Notes: generated by a model not told the origin, from the sequence alone. A stretch of DNA of 64,000 bases from Thermoproteota archaeon (GCA_038861395.1 JAWCDE010000001.1:9144-73143), one strand, 5' to 3'; shown: positions 27,920 through 38,600, counted from the first letter of the stretch. Numbers and translations: made by a program.

Positions 27920-30900
27920 CTACACCCTCTCCCTAACTCTTAGCCTCGGAAATATTCCGAGGCTCATCAACTCTTGAAGCAGGAGCTTGAACGCATAAGA
28001 CATTTCTACGCCGCTTACATCCTTCCCCTTTTCACATAGTGGGCAGATGTGTTTCTTCTGCTTAGCATCGTAGTAAGCGAAGGTCCCGCATTTCTCGCAA
28101 ACGTACACTATTGTTCTATCAGATTCCTCTAAAAGCCTGTCTTGGAGAAGCCTAGCTGCACCGTGTCCTACCAGACAGTCTCTCTCCATCTCTCCAAATC
28201 TTAAGCCGCCGCCCCTGGACCTCCCCTCAGTAGGCTGATGCGTAAGCATCTGGACCTGCCCCCTAGCTCTTGCATGCATCTTGTCCTTAACCATGTGATG
28301 AAGCCTCTGATAGTAAATTATTCCCATGAAAACCTTTGCTCTAAAGCGTTTTCCGGTGACCCCGTCTATGAAATCGAACTCGCCATACGGTGAGAAACCG
28401 TGTTCTTCAAGAATCTTCTGAACCTCCTGCTCCGGAGTATGTATGAAAGTAGTGCCGTCCATCTGCCTTCCTTCAAGAGCTGCAGCAATACCGAACAATG
28501 ACTCGAGGAAATGGCTTATCGTCATTCTAGACGGGATTGCATGCGGGTTTATCAAGAGGTCGGGGACCAATCCGTCTTCTGTGAAGGGCATATCTGTCTG
28601 GGGGACGAGCATCCCAATAACTCCTTTCTGACCAGACCTGGAGGCAAACTTATCACCTATCTCCGGAATCCTATGGTCCCTGATTCTAACTTTTATCAGC
28701 CTGTTGTTCTCCAAGTCCTCTGTTATCATCACACTGTCCACGTAACCGCTCTCAGACGGTTTCAGAGCGACGGAAGAGTCTCTCCGAGCAGGTGCTTGGA
28801 AGACAAGCTCCTTGTATTCTTCGAAGAATCTTGGCGGGCTTGACCTGCCAACGATGACTTCCCCGCCTTTAACCTCTGCCTCAACCGAGACTATGCCGTC
28901 ATCCTCTATCTTAGCATAAGCCTCGTCCCCCCTATAACCCCTGACTTGCGAATCAGGCTTCTCTATCCTGTCTACTTCACCCATCGGGTACCTTCTAGCC
29001 TCAACCTCGTAAGACTTGTAAGTGGTTGATCTTGCTAAGCCACGCTGAATAGATGCTGCGTTTAAAACTATAGCGTCCTCCATATTATACGGATGAGATA
29101 GTACTGCAACCATGAAATTCTGACCGATAGGCCTCTTATCTAATCCTATGATCGGGTCGACTCTAGAGACTACCAGGGGTATCTGAGGATACGTCATAGC
29201 GTGGAAAGTAGTGTAGAAAGAATTACTGATGTTGGCGAACGGGAGCCCAAGTGCCTGCTTAGCCATCGCTGCCTCGTAAGTATTCCTAGGCGAGTGGTTG
29301 TGCTCTGCGAAGGGGACGGATGATGAGACGACGCCGAACATGAGTATCGGGCTTATCTCCAGATGCGTTGTTTCACTCGTAACATCTTTTAAAGACACTG
29401 CTATGACAGCGTTCTCCTCTTCATCGGCATCTAGAAATTCCACCACTCCATTGGTAACAAGGTCTTCAAAACTCATCTTGCCAAGGGCGAGTTTCGAAGC
29501 ATGATCTTTGGTGAGCTTAACCTGCCCCTCTTCAACAACTATGAGAGGCCTCCTGACCCTCCCAGGGTCGGCGTTGAAATATATCTCCTTAACAATCCTG
29601 CCGCCGTAGTTAAACTCGTAATATGCTACATTTATCTCCGGCGGTATTACCCCCCTCCTCCTCAGCCCCCTGATCTCCTTAACCAGAGCCTCTCCCGAGT
29701 GAGAGTAGCCGACTAGAACGCCATCTATGAATATTTTCGCAGCCGTGGAACGGGTCGCCGGGTCAGCCTTGGTCACAGGCACTAAGCCGAATTTTGAAAG
29801 AATCTTGTCAAGCACAGACTTGTCTGCTGATACAGAGACCTGTGCGCCTATGCTCATATTCTTCACAAGCCCACAATTCACGCCCTCAGGAGTCTCATTC
29901 GGGTCTAGCTTGCCCCATTGAGTAGGATGCAAGTCTCTAGCGTCAAAGTTGGACTGGCTCCTGCTCAACGGCGATTGGATTCTCCTCAGATGGCTTAGTA
30001 CAGAGAGATAATTAGTCCTGTCTAACAGTTGAGTGACGCCGACGAGCCTCTTCCCCCAGTTTCCAGTAGCCATAGCCTGGTTAATGGAATCTGTGATCAG
30101 GCTAGTAGTGATCAGGTTTGAGAAAGAGTATATTGCTCTATGCCTGAGGCTGAACTTTTCAAGCTGGTACCTGAAGTCCCTAACCATCCTCCTGAAGGAT
30201 GTTCTGAAAAGCTCTGCGAGAAGCCCGCCGGCAAGCCTAATCCTCTTATTCTTATAATGGTCCTTGTCATCTGGGGGACGCCAGCCGAGTTTCATAGCTA
30301 GAATTCTCTCAGCCATCTCGCAGAGGAAAAGCGCCTTACTGTATCTTGCAGACTCATCCATACCGATGTGGGGCAGTAGGATCTTGTCAAGAACGTTCTG
30401 AGTCTTGTTCAAACGAACCTTATCAGACTGGCCGTAGGCAACCCTGTTACCTATGTACATTATAGCATCCTCCTTGCTCATAATATTCTGCGCAGCGTCG
30501 AAAGACGGCGCCAATAATTCCTGGATTTCGGGGAATGGTGAAACATGCTCAGCTATCTCCCTATCTGAAACCATTCCAAGAGCCCTCAGCATTATTACAA
30601 AGGGGATCTCCTGCCCGACACCGGGAAGGTAGACCTTGAGCTCGTTGCTCTGCCCCTTCAGCCTCACCTCAACCCTAGTCCTATAGCCTACGGTAGTGGA
30701 GAACACGCGTGCAATGTAAAAGGAGTAGGGCCCTATCTTCTTCTCCTCAAGAATTATCCTGTTCGGAGCAAGGTCTTCAACACCAACAATGACTCTTTCG
30801 GAGCCGTTTATTATGAAGTAGCCACCGGGGTCATAAGGGTCTTCTCCAAGCCTAATCCTCGCCTCCGGACTAAGACCAGCAAGTGCGCAATATCTTGAGT

Positions 30901-31273
30901 TAACCATGATCGGGATCTCGCCTATCAAAACCTCCTGCCTCGTCTCCCTACCGTCTCTCAACTCCTTAATCTCTAAGTAAACTGGAGCGGAGTATGTGAA
31001 ATTCCTCATCCTTGCCTCCATGGGATACACGTTTCTCACAGCACCACTCGGCTCTATGATCCTCGGAACGTGGACACGTATCTCCCCAAACTCTACGCGA
31101 ATAGTCTTATCCTCTACAGTAACCTCTACATTCTTAACTTCGTCGACTATCTTCTGCATATCCTTGTCTACGAACTCGTTAAACGAGTCTATATGATGCC
31201 TCGCCAACCCGATGCTCCTGATATACTGCTCGGCAACCACCCACAGGTCTGATTCACTAAGCTCCTCAGCCAT
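27920..31273 (-). CDS. rpoB: RNA polymerase subunit B (unsplit)
   Basis: GYFIINGSERV, GDKFASRSGQKG, GGLRFGEMERD. Confidence 0.98.
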   Translation of the reverse strand: MAEELSESDLWVVAEQYIRSIGLARHHIDSFNEFVDKDMQKIVDEVKNVEVTVEDKTIRVEFGEIRVHVPRIIEPSGAVRNVYPMEARMRNFTYSAPVYLEIKELRDGRETRQEVLIGEIPIMVNSRYCALAGLSPEARIRLGEDPYDPGGYFIINGSERVIVGVEDLAPNRIILEEKKIGPYSFYIARVFSTTVGYRTRVEVRLKGQSNELKVYLPGVGQEIPFVIMLRALGMVSDREIAEHVSPFPEIQELLAPSFDAAQNIMSKEDAIMYIGNRVAYGQSDKVRLNKTQNVLDKILLPHIGMDESARYSKALFLCEMAERILAMKLGWRPPDDKDHYKNKRIRLAGGLLAELFRTSFRRMVRDFRYQLEKFSLRHRAIYSFSNLITTSLITDSINQAMATGNWGKRLVGVTQLLDRTNYLSVLSHLRRIQSPLSRSQSNFDARDLHPTQWGKLDPNETPEGVNCGLVKNMSIGAQVSVSADKSVLDKILSKFGLVPVTKADPATRSTAAKIFIDGVLVGYSHSGEALVKEIRGLRRRGVIPPEINVAYYEFNYGGRIVKEIYFNADPGRVRRPLIVVEEGQVKLTKDHASKLALGKMSFEDLVTNGVVEFLDADEEENAVIAVSLKDVTSETTHLEISPILMFGVVSSSVPFAEHNHSPRNTYEAAMAKQALGLPFANISNSFYTTFHAMTYPQIPLVVSRVDPIIGLDKRPIGQNFMVAVLSHPYNMEDAIVLNAASIQRGLARSTTYKSYEVEARRYPMGEVDRIEKPDSQVRGYRGDEAYAKIEDDGIVSVEAEVKGGEVIVGRSSPPRFFEEYKELVFQAPARRDSSVALKPSESGYVDSVMITEDLENNRLIKVRIRDHRIPEIGDKFASRSGQKGVIGMLVPQTDMPFTEDGLVPDLLINPHAIPSRMTISHFLESLFGIAAALEGRQMDGTTFIHTPEQEVQKILEEHGFSPYGEFDFIDGVTGKRFRAKVFMGIIYYQRLHHMVKDKMHARARGQVQMLTHQPTEGRSRGGGLRFGEMERDCLVGHGAARLLQDRLLEESDRTIVYVCEKCGTFAYYDAKQKKHICPLCEKGKDVSGVEMSYAFKLLLQELMSLGIFPRLRVRERV

Positions 31274-31278
31274 ACTCC

Positions 31279-31536
31279 TCAACCCTCTACCACTACGCGG
31301 TACGCTAGGGTCTCTCCGGCAACTGCGCTTTTCCTAACTACTTCAACAATATCCCCGGGCTTAGCTCCTATTGCTATTGCAACAGGATCGCTGTTAAGCA
31401 TCTTGGGCAACTGGGAGGGCTTAATCTTGTACTTCTTTAGAAGGGCTTCCTTCTCCTCAGTAGATAAAACCCGGTGACGGGGCACTAAAACATGGTCGAG
31501 TATATTCACTTTACTAATGTTTTTCTTACTAACCAA
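31279..31536 (-). CDS. rpoH: RNA polymerase subunit H/Rpo5
   Basis: HVLVPRH, QLPKM, DPVA, YRVVV; TTG start inferred. Confidence 0.93.
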   Translation of the reverse strand: MVSKKNISKVNILDHVLVPRHRVLSTEEKEALLKKYKIKPSQLPKMLNSDPVAIAIGAKPGDIVEVVRKSAVAGETLAYRVVVEG

Positions 31537-31818
31537 GCAGCGTCGAGTGGGGGTATGGAAAAGGTGGTAATAAACGTTTCCCCTCGGGAAAAAAGAAGCT
31601 ATGGGGAGATGTTTTTCAACCTGGGAAATAGGGGGATTATCCAACAAACCAAGTATTTCTTATGATAGCAAGTCAGCCAAGGCCTCCATACGATAACAGC
31701 TCGCCGATGATTTAAACCATATTATGCCTTGGACACGGAAGTTCTAGGATTGTTCTCAATCGGGCTTAAAAACTTAGGAAAAAAGTTAAATAAGGATATA
31801 GGCGTAGAAGAAAATGTC

Positions 31819-31937
31819 CCCGCGGTAGCTCAGCCTGGTAGAGCTTCCGGCTGTAGTCCTCCACCGCGGGTGGGGGCGTTCAGCCTACCGGGCGAACAGA
31901 AACCGGAGTGTCGCTGGTTCAAATCCAGCCCGCGGGA
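31819..31937 (+). tRNA. tRNA-Tyr(GTA) with 45-nt intron at 37/38 (31857-31901)
   Basis: CCCGCGG/CCGCGGG acceptor, TCCGG/CCGGA anticodon stem, CTGT/ACAG central helix with AAA bulge. Confidence 0.93.
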
Positions 31938-32268
31938 TATTTTTTTCTTCTCCTTAACCTTGGTTACATGGTTTATGAGAACGTTTTTACGTTACCGTGA
32001 ATTGAATAATGGCAAACAGTAAGTATTTTTAATAGTGGTTATTAACGGTAACGGTCTTAACAAATTATGTGTCCAATATGTAACATTATGTCTAGATTCG
32101 ACTTTAAGATTTTAGTAGAATCGATCTGTTTATTATTCCCATTTGGCTTCCATTTATCTTGAGATTTAGAAGCCTCCTTTTTGCGTTGAAGGTATTTAAT
32201 TAATTTTTGTTATTTTTTCTTATTAACAGTAAATACTTAAATATACGTATTCTAATAATACTGGAGCC

Positions 32269-32592
32269 ATGAAGCAAGCAGGGAAAAAACCAGAAGTGTT
32301 CAAAGCAAAAGTGTTCAAGGCTTTGAGCGATCCTGCCAGATTGGAGATCATCGACCTTCTTAAGGGAGGAGGAAAATATGTTAGCGATATTGTTAAGAAG
32401 ACTGGCGTTGTTCAGCCAGCGGTTTCACGCCACCTGAAGATACTTAAGGAGTGCGGGATAGTTGAGGAAAGCAAAGTTGGGAATAAGAGGCTTTACAAAG
32501 TTACTGACGCGAGGATATTCAAAGTCGTTAACTCGCTTGATCCCAACTTAATAGAGGGTCTGAAGAGACACGTGCTTGAGCGCATGGTTTAA
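32269..32592 (+). CDS. ArsR/SmtB family regulator
   Basis: FKALSDPARLEII, QPAVSRHLKIL. Confidence 0.92.
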   Translation: MKQAGKKPEVFKAKVFKALSDPARLEIIDLLKGGGKYVSDIVKKTGVVQPAVSRHLKILKECGIVEESKVGNKRLYKVTDARIFKVVNSLDPNLIEGLKRHVLERMV

Positions 32593-32651
32593 AACTCGGA
32601 TTATCTTGAAAAAACCTTGAGGAGACGGCTGCTCGATTAGTATCACGTATT

Positions 32652-33215
32652 TTATGCTTTCCACCATTTAGATACTATGTACTTTACATCATTATTCTTC
32701 ACGTCGGCGATTGCGAAAACAAACAGTTTTTTCACAGATGTTGCAAGCCTTCCTGCGCGAATGAAGTCCGGTGCATCTATCTTGTCACTGGCCTTCTTGA
32801 CTTCGAGTATTGCTGGTGCATGATCTATACCCGGGCCGTGTTCGTAGATTGCAAAATCACATCCAAATTTTATCCCCGGCGTGACTACGAACCCCCTGTT
32901 CCTAAGGTCTCTGTAAACTATGAATTTGCTTTTAAAATCCTCGTGTATTCTGGAGGCTATTCTCAGTAATTGTTCGCAAGTAACTTCCTTTCCCTCTCTG
33001 TCAACTATTTTTATCAATCCTTTTTCCAAAAGGTATAGTCCCTCGAACAAGTCTAACGTTAGGGGAGCGTTGAAATTAAAATCCTTGGGTTTTGGAATGC
33101 CGACAGGCTTGCCGAAGAAGCCCGTTTTGTATAGTTCTTGCGAGTGTGTGATATCCCATATTATCAAGCGGTCTCCCACCAGTTCAGCAATTGTTTCAGC
33201 TGATGTACTGCTCAT
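32652..33215 (-). CDS. endA: tRNA splicing endonuclease catalytic subunit
   Basis: VYRDLRNRG, GIKFGCDFAIY, PGIDHA, RLATSVKK. Confidence 0.93.
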   Translation of the reverse strand: MSSTSAETIAELVGDRLIIWDITHSQELYKTGFFGKPVGIPKPKDFNFNAPLTLDLFEGLYLLEKGLIKIVDREGKEVTCEQLLRIASRIHEDFKSKFIVYRDLRNRGFVVTPGIKFGCDFAIYEHGPGIDHAPAILEVKKASDKIDAPDFIRAGRLATSVKKLFVFAIADVKNNDVKYIVSKWWKA

Positions 33216-33231
33216 CTCTTAAACACCTTGC

Positions 33232-33891
33232 TTAGAAAACGCTTAGAGATAATACTCTTGCAGCGTCTGCAGCGTCTGCAGCCCTGTCTACGACTTCCTC
33301 GATAAGGTTTGCAACATCCTTTAGGAGTAGGATCGTAGGGGTATCTGCTTTTGAAAATATTATCTTTATCTCAAGGGATCTGAAGAGGCTGTCAACCTCC
33401 TTCTCACATGTTTCAACATTCCTTGCAAAATCCTGTATTTTTGAAGTTTCAAATCCTAGTGTAAATATGGTCTCCCTCATCTTCACAACAGTATCCAGAG
33501 CCTTAATCATTAACTCTTTAAAATGCTCTTTCAAACCTTTCTCCACAGTCTTCTTTCTGAGGAAGAATTCTCTAAGCCTATATATTATTCCTTCGCAGAG
33601 ATCTGGTATTCCAGTTAGCGGCGATGCTAATCTAAGGAAATCCTCCCTGCTTACCATTATGGCTCCTGCTTCAACAAGATCGTTCGAAAGACTTCTCTTA
33701 GTCTCTATCGACTTGTTTTTGAGAGCAACTATATTGTTTAAAGACTCGTCCAGTTTCGAAACATCGTCGTCGAAACATGCTAAAACAAGATTATGGACTT
33801 CTCTCACCGAGTCTACAGCATACCTCGCAAGCTCCTGGCATGTTTGCAGGAGTTGTCGCTTAAGCCGTAGTGTTGTCTCGGTGGGGTACAT
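33232..33891 (-). CDS. DUF47/PhoU-like protein
   Basis: REDFLRL, EKEVD, IEEVVDRAADAAD; helical repeat. Confidence 0.8.
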   Translation of the reverse strand: MYPTETTLRLKRQLLQTCQELARYAVDSVREVHNLVLACFDDDVSKLDESLNNIVALKNKSIETKRSLSNDLVEAGAIMVSREDFLRLASPLTGIPDLCEGIIYRLREFFLRKKTVEKGLKEHFKELMIKALDTVVKMRETIFTLGFETSKIQDFARNVETCEKEVDSLFRSLEIKIIFSKADTPTILLLKDVANLIEEVVDRAADAADAARVLSLSVF

Positions 33892-33993
33892 TTCTCAACT
33901 ATCCTGTTTCTCTAATTATTGACAACGCTACTCAGAGTTTTAAGCTTTTTCTAAGGAGTAGCGATTTTTCAAGTTTTTATAACCGTTTAATTT

Positions 33994-35493
33994 TTAAACC
34001 AACGGTCTGGGCGTTGAAAGCAGTTTAGCGAGCTCCGTAGGCAGGCTGGCTATGCTTATCCTCTTCTGCTCCCTAGTGTCTCTAAACCTTAGCGTTACAG
34101 TGTCGTCTGAAAAAGTCTGGTGGTCTATAGTTACTGCAAATGGGATGCCTATTTCATCGGCTCTAGCATATCTGCGACCGATACTTCCCGAATCGTCAAA
34201 GTTTACTTTGAAATCGCTCAGATAAGATGCTACTTCCTTGGCCTTAGCTATGAAATCCGTTTTTGAAAGCAGTGGGAAAACAGAGACATCAAAAGGCGAT
34301 AGATAAGAAGGTATGGAGAGGTAGATTCGCCCATCCTCCTCGATTCTGAGACTGTATTCGAGGAGAGCGTAGAGGAGTCTTTCTGCGCCGAAGCTAGGCT
34401 CCACCACGTGGGGCACAACCTTCTTATTGGTTGAAGAAATAAAAACGCTCATGTCCTCGCCGCTAACCCTCATGTGTCCAGAAAGGTCATAATCGGTTCT
34501 GTAAGCGAAGCCTGCCACCTCGGTCCATCCCCACGATTCTAGAAGAACCTCGCAGTCGAAGAGTTGTTTAGCGTAGTGAGCCCTCTCATTCGGGAGCTTC
34601 TCCCTAAACCTGTAGGAACCATCCGGTATCCCTAAGGCCTTGAGAAAGCTCTTTGTTAGGACTAGGAAGAAGGGTATCCAGTTGTTGCTGAAAACCCCTT
34701 TTTCAACAGCATCTCTGACCTTGATACTTCGTAATCCTGAGAAACCCTTTTCCTGGTCCTCCGCCGTCAATACGGGTATTGTTTCCTCTAAGTATTTTTC
34801 GTCTAATGGTCCAGTGTTAGTCTCTGGGTCGAAGAAGAATTCGACTTCCATTATGGTGAATTCCCTTAGTCGAATAGGGCCTTGCCTCGGCGAGATCTCG
34901 TTTCTGAAAACCTTGCCTATCTGAGCAACTCCAAGCGGCAGGCTTGACCTACTGTGGACATAGAGCCTCTTAAACTCTGTGAATATGCCTTGAGCGGTTT
35001 CGGGACGCAGGTAGCCGGGGTCGCCTACTCCTATCTCTGTCTTAAACATTAAAAGCCATTGGAAAGCCTTTGAAAAATTCTCGCCGCAATTAGGGCACTT
35101 AACCTTGTTACGTGCAACCAGTTCATCTATATGCTCTAATAATGCTCCCTCAGGAACATTAATACCGACTTCGCTTAACAGATGGTCGGCGCGGAAGACT
35201 GAACCGCATTTCTCGCATTTCAATGCCTTATCTGTAAACTGGGTTTCATGCCCTGAGGCGACGTAGACCGGTCTAGGACCTATTACTGGAGACTCTATTA
35301 TTTGAAAATTCCTAGAGTATACGAAATACTTTATCCAAAGGTTTTCTAAACGCCTTTTTATCTCGAAACCAATGTTCCCTAAGGTTAATAGACCCTTCAC
35401 TCCACCGTATATCTCGTAAGAGGGCCAGAATATTCCACGACGCTTAGCCAATTCTATGAGAACATCTGTTTTCTTCTGCTTCGTTGCAAGCAA
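33994..35493 (-). CDS. glyS: Glycine--tRNA ligase
   Basis: YLRPETAQG, FRNEISPR, RLREFT, PHVVEPSFG, IGRRYAR. Confidence 0.96.
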   Translation of the reverse strand: MLATKQKKTDVLIELAKRRGIFWPSYEIYGGVKGLLTLGNIGFEIKRRLENLWIKYFVYSRNFQIIESPVIGPRPVYVASGHETQFTDKALKCEKCGSVFRADHLLSEVGINVPEGALLEHIDELVARNKVKCPNCGENFSKAFQWLLMFKTEIGVGDPGYLRPETAQGIFTEFKRLYVHSRSSLPLGVAQIGKVFRNEISPRQGPIRLREFTIMEVEFFFDPETNTGPLDEKYLEETIPVLTAEDQEKGFSGLRSIKVRDAVEKGVFSNNWIPFFLVLTKSFLKALGIPDGSYRFREKLPNERAHYAKQLFDCEVLLESWGWTEVAGFAYRTDYDLSGHMRVSGEDMSVFISSTNKKVVPHVVEPSFGAERLLYALLEYSLRIEEDGRIYLSIPSYLSPFDVSVFPLLSKTDFIAKAKEVASYLSDFKVNFDDSGSIGRRYARADEIGIPFAVTIDHQTFSDDTVTLRFRDTREQKRISIASLPTELAKLLSTPRPLV

Positions 35494-35542
35494 GACGTTT
35501 CCGCTAACGAGAATAACCTAATAAACCTTAGTGTCAAACCCC

Positions 35543-35905
35543 TTATAATAGAGATAGCTCTCCAGTAATCCTATTCATCAGCTCTTCTGGAGCTGGGCCC
35601 AAGCCTAGACAGGTTACTGTTCCAGGAGGCAGCTCCGTAAGACCCATGTCGGAAATTAGGCAGGCTACCACCCCTTCTTTTAAAGCCTCATCCCTAACCT
35701 TAAACAACTCCTCCAGGGATTTAACCCTCAGGACTATTTTTCTCTGCCCCTCTTTAAGCCATTCGTCAAACCACTCGGGTTTAAGCCTGCGGGTTTCCTC
35801 AGCTGCTGAGACTGATGCATGCGCAACCTGGGCGCAGGCCTTGCCTAACGACATTTTCAAATCCTCTCTAACCACTATACACTGCTTGAACCTGAAACTA
35901 CCCAT
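35543..35905 (-). CDS. pth2: Peptidyl-tRNA hydrolase Pth2
   Basis: GKACAQVAHA, DMGLTELPPGT, GLGP. Confidence 0.95.
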   Translation of the reverse strand: MGSFRFKQCIVVREDLKMSLGKACAQVAHASVSAAEETRRLKPEWFDEWLKEGQRKIVLRVKSLEELFKVRDEALKEGVVACLISDMGLTELPPGTVTCLGLGPAPEELMNRITGELSLL

Positions 35906-35998
35906 TCGCTTTTTAGAATCATGATAGAGGCTTAAGCTTTTCCAACAGCCTATACCGCTAAGCTTATTAATACAGCTAATTTATATCCGGCGCGCAAA

Positions 35999-36160
35999 AT
36001 GGTAGTATGCATGTCGTGCAATAGGCCGATAGACCCTTATGAGAGTTACGTGAAGTTCACATGCTTTAACTGTGGCGAAGTAACCATATGGCGTTGCGAG
36101 AAATGTAGAACATTCGCCAGAGAAGTTAAATGCCCGAAATGTGGCTACACGATGCCCTAG
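35999..36160 (+). CDS. 53-aa double zinc-ribbon protein (DUF1610/HVO_2753-like)
   Basis: MVVCMSCNRPIDPYESYVKFTCFNCGEVTIWRCEKCRTFAREVKCPKCGYTMP; four CxxC, upstream of EF-1beta; below ORF-track cutoff. Confidence 0.88.
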   Translation: MVVCMSCNRPIDPYESYVKFTCFNCGEVTIWRCEKCRTFAREVKCPKCGYTMP

Positions 36161-36305
36161 GTCTTTAAAACGGTTTCTACTGTAATCGTACTTGCTGAAT
36201 ACTCAAGAAAAGCTTTATATAGTTTTTGAAGGAATTGTGGGCTGAGTTGTTGTGTGGAAACATTAAGTTGGTTACGTCGAATCCATGGGCTGGGGGAGAA
36301 GAGCC

Positions 36306-36593
36306 ATGAAGCAAATAATCTACACTATGAGGATTTTCCCCGACGAGAACACTACGGACTTAGACGGGCTCCTTAAGAGAATAGAAGAGAATTTAAAGAG
36401 CGGTAGGATAGTTGCTCACCAAGTGGCAGAATACTTTTTCGGTATGAAAATACTCCTGGTAAACGTAGAAGCTCCTGAAGTAGACGGGGTTTCCGATAGG
36501 ATTGAGGAGGAGATCAGGAATACTAGCGGGGTCTCTGAGATGGAAATATTGAGCGTAACTAGGAAAGTGGAGGTTTGGAAAGAAGGTGGTTAG
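36306..36593 (+). CDS. ef1b: Elongation factor EF-1beta
   Basis: RIFPD, FFGMKIL, GVSEME; follows DUF1610 gene. Confidence 0.8.
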   Translation: MKQIIYTMRIFPDENTTDLDGLLKRIEENLKSGRIVAHQVAEYFFGMKILLVNVEAPEVDGVSDRIEEEIRNTSGVSEMEILSVTRKVEVWKEGG

Positions 36594-36831
36594 GGCATCC
36601 GAAGAAGACAGGAGGATAATCCCGCTTAGAAACTACATTTTCGACATCCTTGAAAAGAAGAAGAGTATTACTCTCTCGGAGCTTTTAAGAGGTTTGGAGA
36701 AAGACGTGGGGAGGGTAAGCGTCTCTGAGGTCGAGAGAGAGTTGATGGCAATGGAGATAAGAGGAATACTTCGAGTTTTTGCCTCAGGAAAGAAGGATCA
36801 AAGGCTGGAGCTTGTTAACCCCAGCGGTTGA
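36586..36831 (+). CDS. Small winged-helix-like hypothetical protein
   Basis: ITLSELL...VERELMAMEIRGILRV. Confidence 0.65.
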   Translation: MVRASEEDRRIIPLRNYIFDILEKKKSITLSELLRGLEKDVGRVSVSEVERELMAMEIRGILRVFASGKKDQRLELVNPSG

Positions 36832-36886
36832 ATCAGGCTTCTAAACCCGAAACCGTTAATAGCCTCCTGGGCTCTACATACATGTA

Positions 36887-37909
36887 ATGGGTGTTCAACT
36901 GGGGGACATAATCCCTGCGAGGGAGATAAGGCTAGAGAACCTTGCTAATAAGAGGATTGCGATAGACATGTATAATACTCTCTACCAGTTTCTCACTATA
37001 ATAAGGGGGGCTGACGGAAGGCCTTTAATGGATAGTAAGGGGAGGATTACGAGCCATCTCTCAGGGATATTTTATAGAACGTGCAACTTTCTCTCGGCGG
37101 GGCTTAAACCAATTTACGTCTTCGATGGCGAACCTCCGAAGATTAAGAGGGAGGAAGCGGAGAGAAGAAAGATGCTGCGTGAGGATGCTTCTAAGAAATA
37201 CGAGGAAGCCTTAGCAACCGGGAGGATTGAGGAGGCCCGTAAGTATGCACAGATGTCCGTGACCCTAGACGAGTATCTTATTCAATCTGCTGAGAAGCTA
37301 ATCAGCCTAATGGGCATACCTGTCGTACACGCGCCGTCGGAGGGGGAGGCTCAGGCTGCGCATATGGTTGCTACAGGCGTAGCAGACTATGTTGGGAGCC
37401 AGGATTTCGACTCACTCCTATTCGGGGGGAGGATGCTTGTGAGAAACCTCACGATAACTGGAAGAAGGAAGCTACCAGGTAAGAAAGCGTATGTGGAGGT
37501 TAATCCGGAGGAGATTTCTCTGGAAGAGACTTTGAAGACGTTGGCAATCACTAGGGAGCAGTTGATAGATATTGCTCTGCTAGTAGGCACTGATTACACT
37601 GAGGGCATAAAGGGCATTGGGCCTAAGAGGGCGCTGGAGCTTGTTAGAAGCGGGTTAAGCTTAGAAGATGTTTTCAAGAAGTATGGGGAAGACTTGTCTA
37701 AGATTTCGAGATATTACGAGGCGAAGGAATTCTTCTTGCATCCTGAGGTTAAGGAATTGGGTGAGCTAGAGTGGAGAGACATAGATGAGAATGGTGTTAT
37801 AAGACTCCTGCATGACGAGCATGATTTCTCTATAGACAGGGTTGCAAAAGCCATTGAAGAGGTTAAGAAGAAAAAGCCTGCAGAAGGCGTCTTATCAAAG
37901 TGGTTTTAA
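36887..37909 (+). CDS. fen: Flap endonuclease 1
   Basis: MGV, ITSHLSG, VFDG, APSEGEAQ, SQDFDSLLFG, GTDY. Confidence 0.97.
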   Translation: MGVQLGDIIPAREIRLENLANKRIAIDMYNTLYQFLTIIRGADGRPLMDSKGRITSHLSGIFYRTCNFLSAGLKPIYVFDGEPPKIKREEAERRKMLREDASKKYEEALATGRIEEARKYAQMSVTLDEYLIQSAEKLISLMGIPVVHAPSEGEAQAAHMVATGVADYVGSQDFDSLLFGGRMLVRNLTITGRRKLPGKKAYVEVNPEEISLEETLKTLAITREQLIDIALLVGTDYTEGIKGIGPKRALELVRSGLSLEDVFKKYGEDLSKISRYYEAKEFFLHPEVKELGELEWRDIDENGVIRLLHDEHDFSIDRVAKAIEEVKKKKPAEGVLSKWF

Positions 37910-37910
37910 A

Positions 37911-38600
37911 CTAGAAGCCGTATTCTCCCCTCAGCGGGACAAATATCACCGGTCCTATGTTAACTGTGCTAACCTTTCCCTTCTCGTCTTTACTAACAAA
38001 CAGTAGGTTCTGCTCGAAAAACTCTGATTGAACGGGTATTACCATCCTTCCATTGGGCTTCAACTGCTCTATGAGTGGCTCAGGGATTCTCGGCGCCGCG
38101 GCAGTTACCGAAATACAGTCATATGGCGCCTCCTCCAAATAGCCTTTCGACCCGTCTCCTTCTATTACTTTAACAACCTTGTCAAACCCGAGCCTGGAGA
38201 GGTTTCTCTTCGCAAACTCAACCAGCCTATGGTTTATTTCAATCGTGAAGACCAGGGGCTTTGAAGAGTCTAGAGTAGGACAGGTTAAAACAGCTAGGGT
38301 AGCTGCATGATACCCTCCGCCGGTGCCAACTTCAAGGATTTTATCACCCACTTGGACATTCAAAAGCTCATTCATTAACGCAACCATATGGGGTGCAGAT
38401 ATCGTCTGGTTAGTATCTCCCAGGGGTAGGGGTATATCGTCGTAAGCATGCTTCAACTGGTCTGGCCACACAAACTCGTGCCTAGGTACTCTCAGCATCG
38501 CATTCCTTACCTTTTCTGATTTTATCACTCCTTCCTCAACGAGTTGCTCCACGAGCCTCCTTCTCCTTTCAAAATACGGATCCGAACTACTACCTCTCAT
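37911..38600 (-). CDS. pcm: Protein-L-isoaspartate O-methyltransferase
   Basis: QTISAPHMV, LEVGTGGGY, APYD, FVPL. Confidence 0.95.
   Translation of the reverse strand: MRGSSSDPYFERRRRLVEQLVEEGVIKSEKVRNAMLRVPRHEFVWPDQLKHAYDDIPLPLGDTNQTISAPHMVALMNELLNVQVGDKILEVGTGGGYHAATLAVLTCPTLDSSKPLVFTIEINHRLVEFAKRNLSRLGFDKVVKVIEGDGSKGYLEEAPYDCISVTAAAPRIPEPLIEQLKPNGRMVIPVQSEFFEQNLLFVSKDEKGKVSTVNIGPVIFVPLRGEYGF

Noticed and set aside
31540..31800. Possible C/D box sRNA or small ORF between rpoH and tRNA-Tyr
   Set aside because: No convincing box C/D pair or coding signal
31729..32022. 97-aa ORF, and the 72-aa ORF at 2184-2402
   Set aside because: Both overlap tRNA genes
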